NCBI GenBank assembly: GCA_963716425.1
Contig: OY970310.1
Span: 1,110,769 to 1,174,768 of the forward strand
Reading direction: 5' to 3'
Origin: Candidatus Babeliales bacterium
Lineage (GTDB): Bacteria > Babelota > Babeliae > Babelales > JBFXEV01
DNA: 64,000 bases
Part shown: positions 28,378-36,772 of the stretch, in pieces
Numbering within the stretch: the stretch's first letter is position 1
Layout: each line of letters begins with the position of its first letter
Notes under the pieces: generated by a model
The model's database searches: none
Told to the model about the DNA's origin: nothing
The model's input: the letters and a program-made list of their open reading frames with translations, nothing else
Program-made: the position numbers and the translations under genes

Positions 28378-30012
28378 GTGAGATTGCGTATTCAGGTGCT
28401 TACGAGCATCATATTAATTTTTTGTTCCATGTGTCATAGTGAACTATTACGCGGAATGGATGTGTCTGAATTTAATCCTAATATACCGGAAAAATTTCTG
28501 TATAAGCCAAAGGATGGAACTGCGAGCTATATTGAGATCCCACTATTCTTTGGAACAACAAATAAAGAGAAAGCTCGTGCACAACGGGAAGCCGGTGCAG
28601 ATTATAGTTTACGAGGGGGCGTTGATAATGGTACCGTGCTGCATCATTTTTGTAGAATGGGTTTTCGCGAACCTTCTGCCATAGAATTATTACAGTTTTA
28701 TTTGGCGCATGGTGCAGCGGTAAATGCAGTTGATGCAAAAGGGCGTACCCCGCTTCATATTCTTGGTCAACAAGTAGCTACAATTGGTCATGAAAATGCA
28801 ATTGCGTATGCGGTAATGCTTTGTGCACATAGAGCAGATCCGCGGGCAAGAGATGTTACGGGCGCAACATGTACGGATTACGCTGGTCATAACAAATATG
28901 TGCCCTCACCAGGTCATTTTGAGCGGAATGTTTTTTCTTCTTTTATGAGAGCCTATTTGAGTGATGCGACGCCAAAAATGCCATTTAAAGCTGCGTTGTA
29001 TTATGGATTTGGATCATGTACATGTCATACAAGAATTGCAGAAGAGACGTTGAATAAAAGGCCGGTGAGCATAACAGAACGTAAAGGTGTAAAATCAGTT
29101 TATGTACGGGGAAAAGCACCGCAGACTAAAGTTGTTGCCATTACACCAGCCTATATAAAAGAATGGAAGCCCATTTTGCCAGAGCCTCGATTGGCATTGA
29201 ATTGTAATGAATTACGCAAACATCGAAAATATCCTTTTTGGCAACGTATTGTTGCAATCCAAGATTCCAGTGAATTTCACGAAGGTGCCGGTGACGTGCT
29301 ACTTGACGAGTTTGCTCCGGTCTTTTCAGCGTGGAAGCAAGTGCGTGTGCTGATTGCCATGGTTCTTGCAATAGACAAAAACTATTTTAATGAGGATTTT
29401 AATGATTATGAGTTTGGTACTCTAGCATTGCTTGAAGATGATGTTGAATTAATAAAATATTTATTAGAACATGGTGTTCGTAAAATTAATTCTACCTATT
29501 GGGCACAGTCACTTGCTATGGCCAAGCTTCTTGCTACTTACTCGGAAAAATTAGTGGATCCTACAGGGGGCAATGTACTTCATCATCTCTCGCGGTTTGG
29601 TGTTCTTTGTGATCCTGATGTTTTTCTATATTATCTACAGCAGTTTAATCCCCACTTGGAAAATAAAGAAGGGCAAACGCCACTCGATGAATTGGTTCAA
29701 TATAGTTATAGATATGCGCGTCATGGAAAAAAACTGATAGAATACGCACGCATGTTATTACTTGCAGGAGCTGATCCATGCAGAATACAACGCAAAACAA
29801 AAAAATCGGCTATTGCTGCTGCACATGATGTGCATGATCTTTGGAAACTAGCGGTGACTGGCGCTTTGGTGAGATTGCTAACTGTTGCAACTGATGAGCC
29901 GCAAACCAATGGCGGAATTTTTGGATTCATTTTTGGTAACAAGGAACGCACCATGGAAGAAAAGAGAGCGGCGATTGTAAAAGAAGCCTCATCGATTTTG
30001 AGAGAATTATAA
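28378..30012 (+). CDS. secreted ankyrin-like protein, family shared with 38254..40314
   Basis: GTG start. Leader ..IFCSMCHSELLRGMD. ANK-like GRTPLHILG, NGTVLHHFCR and LLLAGADP. Shared blocks GADYSLRGG.DNGTVLH, LPEP...CN.LRK..KYPFWQRI.AI and LV.LLTVA..EPQ. Confidence 0.7.
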   Translation: MRLRIQVLTSIILIFCSMCHSELLRGMDVSEFNPNIPEKFLYKPKDGTASYIEIPLFFGTTNKEKARAQREAGADYSLRGGVDNGTVLHHFCRMGFREPSAIELLQFYLAHGAAVNAVDAKGRTPLHILGQQVATIGHENAIAYAVMLCAHRADPRARDVTGATCTDYAGHNKYVPSPGHFERNVFSSFMRAYLSDATPKMPFKAALYYGFGSCTCHTRIAEETLNKRPVSITERKGVKSVYVRGKAPQTKVVAITPAYIKEWKPILPEPRLALNCNELRKHRKYPFWQRIVAIQDSSEFHEGAGDVLLDEFAPVFSAWKQVRVLIAMVLAIDKNYFNEDFNDYEFGTLALLEDDVELIKYLLEHGVRKINSTYWAQSLAMAKLLATYSEKLVDPTGGNVLHHLSRFGVLCDPDVFLYYLQQFNPHLENKEGQTPLDELVQYSYRYARHGKKLIEYARMLLLAGADPCRIQRKTKKSAIAAAHDVHDLWKLAVTGALVRLLTVATDEPQTNGGIFGFIFGNKERTMEEKRAAIVKEASSILREL

Positions 30013-30072
30013 AATTACTTATTTGCCATGCGTTCAATCTCTGATTCCATTGAGCATAGGATCCTGAATATA

Positions 30073-31398
30073 TCACGTTGGGCCTTTTGGTGCGCCTTGA
30101 AGAGCATGGTGGATTTGTGTTTGCCATACAGGGTAATACTGACTCACCTGTGCAGGATCAAATTTATTTACTATTTCGGCAAAATCATCAAACTCAAGTT
30201 TATTAGGTTCAAGCTGTGAGCATATTGTTGTGGCGCGTTCATGTTGATGTTTTAAAATTGCTGGCGCAATGGAATATTTACAAAGCATCTTTCGTAGGTC
30301 TTGGGGGAACTTCCTTAAGCGATTCAAGCAAAGCAGAAGGGGGAACGCGATTTCTTTTATTTGTTTTCTGGTTGGCCAACGTGGTACATGAGTGATCAAC
30401 AATTCTGCCATTTCAAGACCGCCGCTGTATTTAAGGGCATATGTTACCGCCGAATCATGTAGAACTGATTTTATACCTAGAAGCGTATTAACTGTGTAAT
30501 TGACACTTTCTTTTGTTGGATCGGCGCCTGCATCAAGCAGCATGCAGACTCCTTTGGCATTATCATGCCAGAAAGTAGCAATATTTAATAAGCATGGTAC
30601 ATGATGATTGTTGCCTTCAATATCTTTAAGCTCAAAGTTTGGGTCGGCTCCTTGAGCAAGTAAGCGTTGAGTTGTACAATGATCTCTCACATCAACTGCT
30701 TGTACTAATGGGGTATAAATATGCTGCGCAATAATTGGATCAGAATGATCACAAGAAAGTTTGCCTTTTGCATTTCTAATATCTATGCGAGCGCCTGCTT
30801 TAAGCAGTTGCGTAACCTTACTATTTGCCTCACCAATACTCCATGTTGCATAGAGACTGGAGAGTAGATGTAGTGGCGTATCGAGCGCACCATTTTGTAT
30901 GTTTATGTCTGGTTTACATGCAAGCAGTGCTTTCGTGGCCATATCCCACTTATCCAGAACAGCAAAATGCAATGGTGTATTGCCATGCGCACTTTGTGCA
31001 TTAATCAAGGCGCCTTGAGCTGCAAGAAGGGTAATTGATGCAGACCAGCCACCCAGCGCTGCAGCGTGAAGCGGGGTTTCGCCTTGAGCATTTTTGGCAT
31101 TGACCAGTGCTCCTTGTCGTACTAGAAGCGTAATAATGGCATCATAACCTTCCCCTGCAGCAAGATGCAGTGCGGTATTGCCAAGCTTATCTACAACATG
31201 CACGGCATTCGGTATTTGAGAAAGCAGTTTCTCTATGGTTGTAGAGTCACCTTTCTTTGCCGCTTTGAGAAATTTTGCATCGAGCAGCGCGTGCTTGCTC
31301 ATGAAAGTTCTAATTCTTTCTTTCATGCCAAAAGCAGAGGAGCTTGTGAGTAAAGCTCCAATAAGTAAACAGCGTACTATGGTCGCTAAACATATCAT
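30073..31398 (-). CDS. secreted ankyrin-repeat protein with C-terminal F-box-like region
   Basis: 441 aa. Leader ..LLTSSSAFGMK. Repeats GNTALHLAAGEGYDAIITLLVRQGALVNAKNAQGETPLHAAALGG... C-terminal FPLLLCLNRLRKFPQDLRKMLCKYSIAP...YYPVWQTQI. Confidence 0.88.
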   Translation of the reverse strand: MICLATIVRCLLIGALLTSSSAFGMKERIRTFMSKHALLDAKFLKAAKKGDSTTIEKLLSQIPNAVHVVDKLGNTALHLAAGEGYDAIITLLVRQGALVNAKNAQGETPLHAAALGGWSASITLLAAQGALINAQSAHGNTPLHFAVLDKWDMATKALLACKPDINIQNGALDTPLHLLSSLYATWSIGEANSKVTQLLKAGARIDIRNAKGKLSCDHSDPIIAQHIYTPLVQAVDVRDHCTTQRLLAQGADPNFELKDIEGNNHHVPCLLNIATFWHDNAKGVCMLLDAGADPTKESVNYTVNTLLGIKSVLHDSAVTYALKYSGGLEMAELLITHVPRWPTRKQIKEIAFPLLLCLNRLRKFPQDLRKMLCKYSIAPAILKHQHERATTICSQLEPNKLEFDDFAEIVNKFDPAQVSQYYPVWQTQIHHALQGAPKGPT

Positions 31399-32639
31399 GT
31401 GGAGCCTTTTGGTTTATCTTTAAGAGCGTTGTGAATTTGGTGTTCCCATAGCGGATAATATTGCGCTACTTTTGTTGGATCAAATCTACTTTTAAGTTCA
31501 TCAATTGCAGTTCGAAGTTCAAACTTTGCTTGTGAGCATATTATTGTGGCGCGTTCATGTTGATGTGTCATTATTGCTGGTGCAATGCAATATATACAAA
31601 GCATCTTGCGTATGTCTTGAGGGAAATTACCTATTTGTTTTAAGCAAAGCAGAAGGGGAAAAGCGATGTTTTTAATTTTTTCTTTTACAAGCCAGCGTGG
31701 TACATGGGTGATTAATAGTTCTGCCATTTCAGGGCCACCATACCTTAGGGCATGTGTTAGAATTGACTTATGTAGAACAGATTCTGATACTGAAGGGGTA
31801 TCAAAATGGTAATGGCTGGCTTCAGGACTTTCTTGTGTTGGATTGGCACCTGCATCCAGCAGCATACGTACATCTCTGGCATTATGCCGAAAAGTGGAGA
31901 TTTGTAATAGAAATGGTACATGATGGCCATTGCCTTCAAGTTTTAGAATATTAAAGTTCGGGTTAGCGCCTTGGGCAAGATATGCTTGGGCATGGTGAGT
32001 ATTTCCTTGTTCAAGTGCCTGCATTAAAGGAGCATAAATATGCTGTGCAATAATTGGGTCAGAATGATCACAGGGCAGTTTGCCTTGTGCATTTTTGATA
32101 TCTATGCAAGCGCCTGCATTAAGCAGCTGAGTGACTTTACTATTTCGCGCACCAATATTTCTTACTTTAGAGGAAGCGCAGAATAGATATAGTGGCGTAT
32201 CGAGCGCCTCATGAACAGCAAAATGCAATGGTGTATTGCCGTGCGCATCTTGTGCATTAATCAATGCGCCTTGAGCTGCAAGAAGGGTAATTGATGCAGA
32301 CCAGCCACCCAGTGCTGCAGCGTGAAGCGGGGTTTCGCCTTTAGCATTTTTGGCATTGACCAGTGCTCCTTGTTGTACAAGAAGGGTAATAGTGGCTTCA
32401 TAACCTTCCCCTGCAGCAAGGTGAAGTGCCGTATTGCCACGCTTATCGATAGTATTTACGAAATCATGAGCTTGAATAAGCATTCTTTCCACCATTGCAA
32501 GGTCACCTTTTTTTGCTGCTTTGAGAAATTTTGCATTGAGTAACGCTTGCTTGCTCATGAAAGTTCTAATTCTTTCTTTCATCGCAAAAGCTGATGCGTT
32601 GCTGAGCAAGGTTATGCAAAGAAGGAGGGGGAGTATCAT
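31395..32639 (-). CDS. secreted ankyrin-repeat protein with C-terminal F-box-like region (tandem paralog)
   Basis: 414 aa. Long stretches are identical to 30073..31398 (MKERIRTFMSK, GETPLHAAALGGWSASITLLAAQGALINAQ). C-terminal FPLLLCLKQIGNFPQDIRKMLCIYCIAP...YYPLWEHQI. 4-nt overlap with the downstream gene. Confidence 0.88.
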   Translation of the reverse strand: MILPLLLCITLLSNASAFAMKERIRTFMSKQALLNAKFLKAAKKGDLAMVERMLIQAHDFVNTIDKRGNTALHLAAGEGYEATITLLVQQGALVNAKNAKGETPLHAAALGGWSASITLLAAQGALINAQDAHGNTPLHFAVHEALDTPLYLFCASSKVRNIGARNSKVTQLLNAGACIDIKNAQGKLPCDHSDPIIAQHIYAPLMQALEQGNTHHAQAYLAQGANPNFNILKLEGNGHHVPFLLQISTFRHNARDVRMLLDAGANPTQESPEASHYHFDTPSVSESVLHKSILTHALRYGGPEMAELLITHVPRWLVKEKIKNIAFPLLLCLKQIGNFPQDIRKMLCIYCIAPAIMTHQHERATIICSQAKFELRTAIDELKSRFDPTKVAQYYPLWEHQIHNALKDKPKGST

Positions 32640-32647
32640 GGTCGCCT

Positions 32648-33541
32648 TTATATGTTATCAGAGGATTTTCGTATGCATGGCGATTTTCTTATTACTCTAT
32701 GTATACTTTCTATAACTGCAGCTCGCAATGCATCTTCAGAATCATCTTGCAGATATGCTGTTGCCACAATCATTTTTGTGCATATAACTTCTTGCATTAA
32801 TTTAGCTACTATTGTTTTACCAATATCTATGCTACCACAAACTATTTTTCTATGAATAAATAGAATGCAGCTTGGTAGTATATGCCTTACTTCTAGGGGA
32901 GTTACTGAGGTTATTACTGCCTCTATTATCGAAGGTGTTGCACTTTCTAATGCGGTAAATAGGGGTAGCCTTGGATTGCGTGATTCTACATAAGGCGAAT
33001 AGGGCATCAACCAATTCCACATGACTTGAGGTTTTTTGTCATCTACTAAAATATCTGTATCAGCACCAGCTTCAATTAGCGCTTTGATTGCTTCTTTATT
33101 ACCATGGTTATAGGCTTTAGCGAGTGGCGTCTGCTTTCTCTTGTTGCAATCTTCTAATTGAGCATCCCGTTTTAAAAGAGCTTCCAGTACTCTACTATTT
33201 AGAGGATTTTCTGAGGCTACATGGAGAAGGGTGTCGCCAGAATCATCAGCTGTATTAATATCGGGTACTTGTGCAATGAGGTAAAGTGCTGCTTGGATAT
33301 TGTTTTTTGAGATTGCAACGCGTACTAATGTTTGCTGCCAAGATACATGCTGTATGCAAGGTACGCGGGCGCCGGCATTAAGAAGGGCTTCTATTGCGGT
33401 GGGGGTGCCGGTTTGGGCTGCTACTATTAAACGTTTATTTAGGGTAGATTGTAGAGATTTATTTGATTGGTCCATAGAAACTAATAATCTTGGTAGCAAA
33501 GAGAGAAGAATTACGCACATTACTATTTTGTTTTTGATCAT
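32648..33541 (-). CDS. secreted ankyrin-repeat protein
   Basis: 297 aa. Leader MIKNKIVMCVILLSLLPRLLVSMD. ANK motifs GDTLLHVASEN, ALLKRDAQLEDCNKRKQTPLAKAY and ALIEAGADTD. Confidence 0.8.
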   Translation of the reverse strand: MIKNKIVMCVILLSLLPRLLVSMDQSNKSLQSTLNKRLIVAAQTGTPTAIEALLNAGARVPCIQHVSWQQTLVRVAISKNNIQAALYLIAQVPDINTADDSGDTLLHVASENPLNSRVLEALLKRDAQLEDCNKRKQTPLAKAYNHGNKEAIKALIEAGADTDILVDDKKPQVMWNWLMPYSPYVESRNPRLPLFTALESATPSIIEAVITSVTPLEVRHILPSCILFIHRKIVCGSIDIGKTIVAKLMQEVICTKMIVATAYLQDDSEDALRAAVIESIHRVIRKSPCIRKSSDNI

Positions 33542-33699
33542 AAAATCTCAAATATGTTGTGTAATACTATTTAAATTACAAAGCGATTTTTATTGTTATT
33601 ACACATATAGGTTATTCTTACTATAACAAAAATTGATTTTTTGGGTACGCTAGAAACATAAAAAAGTTGTATTGCTTAATATCAAGCCAAGGAGTTTAT

Positions 33700-34617
33700 A
33701 TGCAAAAATTGTTATACACCGTGAGTATGGTAACTATTTTTAATATTCAAGCTATGGAGCTGCAAAAAGATTCGGTGCAACCTGATGCGGTTCGTTTATG
33801 TAGGGCAATTTATAGTGGTAAAAAAGAAGAGTATGAAGCTCTTCTTAAAAGCGAAATTCCAGTGAACTGCAAGGTTCCCGATGATCTCCGGGAAGAAAAA
33901 ATTGATGCGTTTATTGCAGGTAAAACGCCTTTACAGATTGCAGTCAGGCGCAGGCGTTATGATGTAGTTTGCCTGCTGCTTGCAAAAGGTGCTCATGCTA
34001 TGACCGCATATGTGCCACATAATCATGATACCGAATGGGATTGTTATCCGATTGGTTCAGAAATTCCTACTGGTGGGGATACTGCGCTGCATATGGTGAC
34101 ACGGTCCATGCTATTTGAATGTGATTTAGCATTGAGGCCAAGGGACGGCAGTTTTGATGCTACACAATATTTGCAGTGTGTTAGTGCACTGCTTGCACAT
34201 GGCGCACAAATTACGGCCCGCAATAATTTGGATGAGACGCTATTTCATGTATTTTGGAAAGATCGGCCGCGTGACAATGTGCGTATAGGTATAGATAGAA
34301 CAAACCTTTATACTCAGTTATTAGAAACGATTTTACTGTCTCAAGCTGGCAAAAGTAAAGATCGCAAAGAACAGCGTGCAGCATATTTGGCGATGGTTCA
34401 GGTTATTAAAAGTTGCTTGGAAAAGAGTGAAAGAGGTCGTGCTGTTAGTGACCCCGTTTGCTCTCAATATGAATTAATGAAAATTGATAAATCTGGTTGG
34501 GATATTTTTTGCAATCATACTGATTGTGCTGCCCGACAGACGTTAGGGTTATGTGGTGGGTTAGAAAAAATTGCGAATAAGTTGCCACTACCATCGTTTA
34601 ATGAAGAAAAAGAATAG
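33700..34617 (+). CDS. secreted ankyrin-repeat protein
   Basis: ATG at 33700 preceded by AAGGAG. Leader MQKLLYTVSMVTIFNIQAME. GKTPLQIAVRRRRYDVVCLLLAKGAHA, GGDTALHMV and ALLAHGAQITARNNLDETLFH. Confidence 0.7.
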   Translation: MQKLLYTVSMVTIFNIQAMELQKDSVQPDAVRLCRAIYSGKKEEYEALLKSEIPVNCKVPDDLREEKIDAFIAGKTPLQIAVRRRRYDVVCLLLAKGAHAMTAYVPHNHDTEWDCYPIGSEIPTGGDTALHMVTRSMLFECDLALRPRDGSFDATQYLQCVSALLAHGAQITARNNLDETLFHVFWKDRPRDNVRIGIDRTNLYTQLLETILLSQAGKSKDRKEQRAAYLAMVQVIKSCLEKSERGRAVSDPVCSQYELMKIDKSGWDIFCNHTDCAARQTLGLCGGLEKIANKLPLPSFNEEKE

Positions 34618-34622
34618 TTTTT

Positions 34623-35273
34623 ATGCATACACAATCAACCATAATACTTATCAGCGGGATTTCCAGTTCTGGAAAAACCAGTACTGCAACAGCACTTCAA
34701 AGAACACTTGCAGTGCAAAATAAACCATTTGTGCATCTACCCATTCATACATTTGTAAGTCTTTTACCAACAAAATGGTTTAATTGGTCTAATCCTGATG
34801 TGAATAAACCAATTGCGCAAAACCCCGAAGGCATTGTGTTTAAACGGGTTGATGATGATAAGGGAGTAAGTATTGAACTTGGGCCGGTGGGCATAAGGTT
34901 GCTACAAGCATATATGCCTATTGTTGCAATTATCGCCTCATATGGCTCTCATATTATTATTGATGGTGTATTTAATACATCGTATTTGCACGAGGCTGCC
35001 AAACATTTTGCAAATTACCGTGTTTATTGTATTGGTATACGTTGTCCACTGAGTATAGTAGAAGAGCGAGAGAGAAGTCGTGGTGCAATAGGCGGCATTA
35101 TAGGGCTTGCGCGGGGGTATACTCAAACCAGTGATGCTCACACACATAACCATTATGATCTTTTGGTTGATACGAGTACGGTAACTGCAGAACAAGCTGC
35201 ACAAGAAATTATAGAGTATATGGAGCGCGTGGATGAGCCACAAGCGCTTAAGAAGTTTAGAGAACAGAGCTAA
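34623..35273 (+). CDS. P-loop kinase of the chloramphenicol-phosphotransferase-like (CPT) family
   Basis: 216 aa. Walker A IILISGISSSGKTSTATALQ. By eye it is collinear with Streptomyces CPT blocks (HIIIDGVF, YCIGIRCPLSIVEERERSRG, YDLLVDTS). Confidence 0.7.
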   Translation: MHTQSTIILISGISSSGKTSTATALQRTLAVQNKPFVHLPIHTFVSLLPTKWFNWSNPDVNKPIAQNPEGIVFKRVDDDKGVSIELGPVGIRLLQAYMPIVAIIASYGSHIIIDGVFNTSYLHEAAKHFANYRVYCIGIRCPLSIVEERERSRGAIGGIIGLARGYTQTSDAHTHNHYDLLVDTSTVTAEQAAQEIIEYMERVDEPQALKKFREQS

Positions 35274-35321
35274 TAACAGTTAACAACAGTTTTTCTTGAG
35301 CAAAAAGATAAAGGTAAAAAT

Positions 35322-35687
35322 ATGCATAAACTAATATTTGTTTTTCTTCTTACATGTGGCCTTCTTAATGCCGTTGGCGATGAGCCTAGTACTTCTTATG
35401 AGAGATGGTACAGGCAGCAACTGAATGATGTGCGTTGTGATAGAAATAATTATAGAGGTTTTGCGAGTAAACTCAGCAAACGATCTATGCAGGAAGAGGG
35501 GGATTGCTATACGGTGAACAATGATGGTGGCCATGGAATTGTGCATTGTTGTAAACGGTCGGATGCAGTTAAAGGGTTGATATATTTTTGTAGCGTTATG
35601 GGAGTTGCAGTATCGGGTGTTACTGCTGAGGATATTTTTACCAAATTGAAGCAAGATTGTTCAGAGGGAATGGAGCGTTGCCAATGA
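35322..35687 (+). CDS. small secreted Cys-rich hypothetical protein
   Basis: 121 aa. Leader MHKLIFVFLLTCGLLNAVG, with several Cys residues in the mature part. The stop overlaps the glk-like start. Confidence 0.5.
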   Translation: MHKLIFVFLLTCGLLNAVGDEPSTSYERWYRQQLNDVRCDRNNYRGFASKLSKRSMQEEGDCYTVNNDGGHGIVHCCKRSDAVKGLIYFCSVMGVAVSGVTAEDIFTKLKQDCSEGMERCQ

Positions 35688-36769
35688 TTCGTATTTCATC
35701 TCAATTGGTGTTTGTTGTTTGCATAGTATCTAGTTTTGTATTTAGTCTACACAGTATGCATACAACGAGAGTTGTTGATTCATCCTATGGCATGGGTATA
35801 GTGGTGGGCAGAGAAATGATACAGACTGCTCTCTCTAAGTTGTGTGACGGCAAGATCACTATCATCAAGGAGTTCAGCGTTGAAACAAAGACTGTCACTA
35901 ATTTTGTTGCTTATATCAAGCAGATACTTACTGATGCAAAAGAGCGCGATGGTATTATTATTAAAAGAGTGTGTATTGGTGCTCCCGGAAAGTCCAGTGA
36001 AAAGCATGATGTAATGAAACCATATCGTATTTCTTTTGAAATTAATGCGCACGAGATAAAAAAACATACGTCCCTTCAGCACGTGACCGTTATGAATGAT
36101 TTTGAGATTATCGGATTTGGATTACCTTATATCGATCAACAAAAAATAGTAACCGTGCATAAAGGCAACAGGCGTGCATATGCTCCTGCAGCAATTATTG
36201 GTGTTGGCACTGGTGTTGGCTCTTCCATGATGCTGCGTGATCAGCATAATGCTCTGCATGCATATCCACTTGGGTATTGTTATGCAGATTTTCCTGTGCA
36301 AACAGCGCAAGATCGTACAATGGCGCAGTACATACAAGAAGGTGTTGGGGCACAGCATATGTCATGGGGATATGCGCTTGGTGGAACCGGAGGTATTGTA
36401 AGAATGTATGCACATTTTCGAGCTCAGTTGCCAGCTGGACAAGAAGATGTTCCCGCACATGCGCAGGCTATTTTTGATCGCCGTTTGACAGATGCTGTTG
36501 CAAAGCAAGCAGTTGATCTTTATATGGCATGGTATGTTCGTTTACTCCGTACGGTCGCTTTAACACAGCTTCCATATAATGGACTCTATATTACTAATAC
36601 TGTAGCAGAGCAAAATCCTCAATTATTCTTAAGTAAGGAATTTTTAGAAGCATATTTCAATAGTGGCAATGACATTCTGCGTGAAGTGCTTGAAGAAATA
36701 CCGCTGTTTTTGATACAAGAACCTAAAATAAAATTATACGGCGCAGCAGCTTGTGCGCTGCAGGGGTAA
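35684..36769 (+). CDS. glk: glucokinase-family (Glk, PF02685-like) protein with N-terminal hydrophobic leader
   Basis: Start MIRISSQLVFVVCIVSSFVFSLHSMH. Glk-like blocks CIGAPG, VTVMNDFEIIGFGLPYI, IIGVGTGVGSSMML and GLYITNTV. The N-terminal DxGGT phosphate-1 motif reads VVDSSYGMG. Confidence 0.7.
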   Translation: MIRISSQLVFVVCIVSSFVFSLHSMHTTRVVDSSYGMGIVVGREMIQTALSKLCDGKITIIKEFSVETKTVTNFVAYIKQILTDAKERDGIIIKRVCIGAPGKSSEKHDVMKPYRISFEINAHEIKKHTSLQHVTVMNDFEIIGFGLPYIDQQKIVTVHKGNRRAYAPAAIIGVGTGVGSSMMLRDQHNALHAYPLGYCYADFPVQTAQDRTMAQYIQEGVGAQHMSWGYALGGTGGIVRMYAHFRAQLPAGQEDVPAHAQAIFDRRLTDAVAKQAVDLYMAWYVRLLRTVALTQLPYNGLYITNTVAEQNPQLFLSKEFLEAYFNSGNDILREVLEEIPLFLIQEPKIKLYGAAACALQG

Positions 36770-36772
36770 AAT

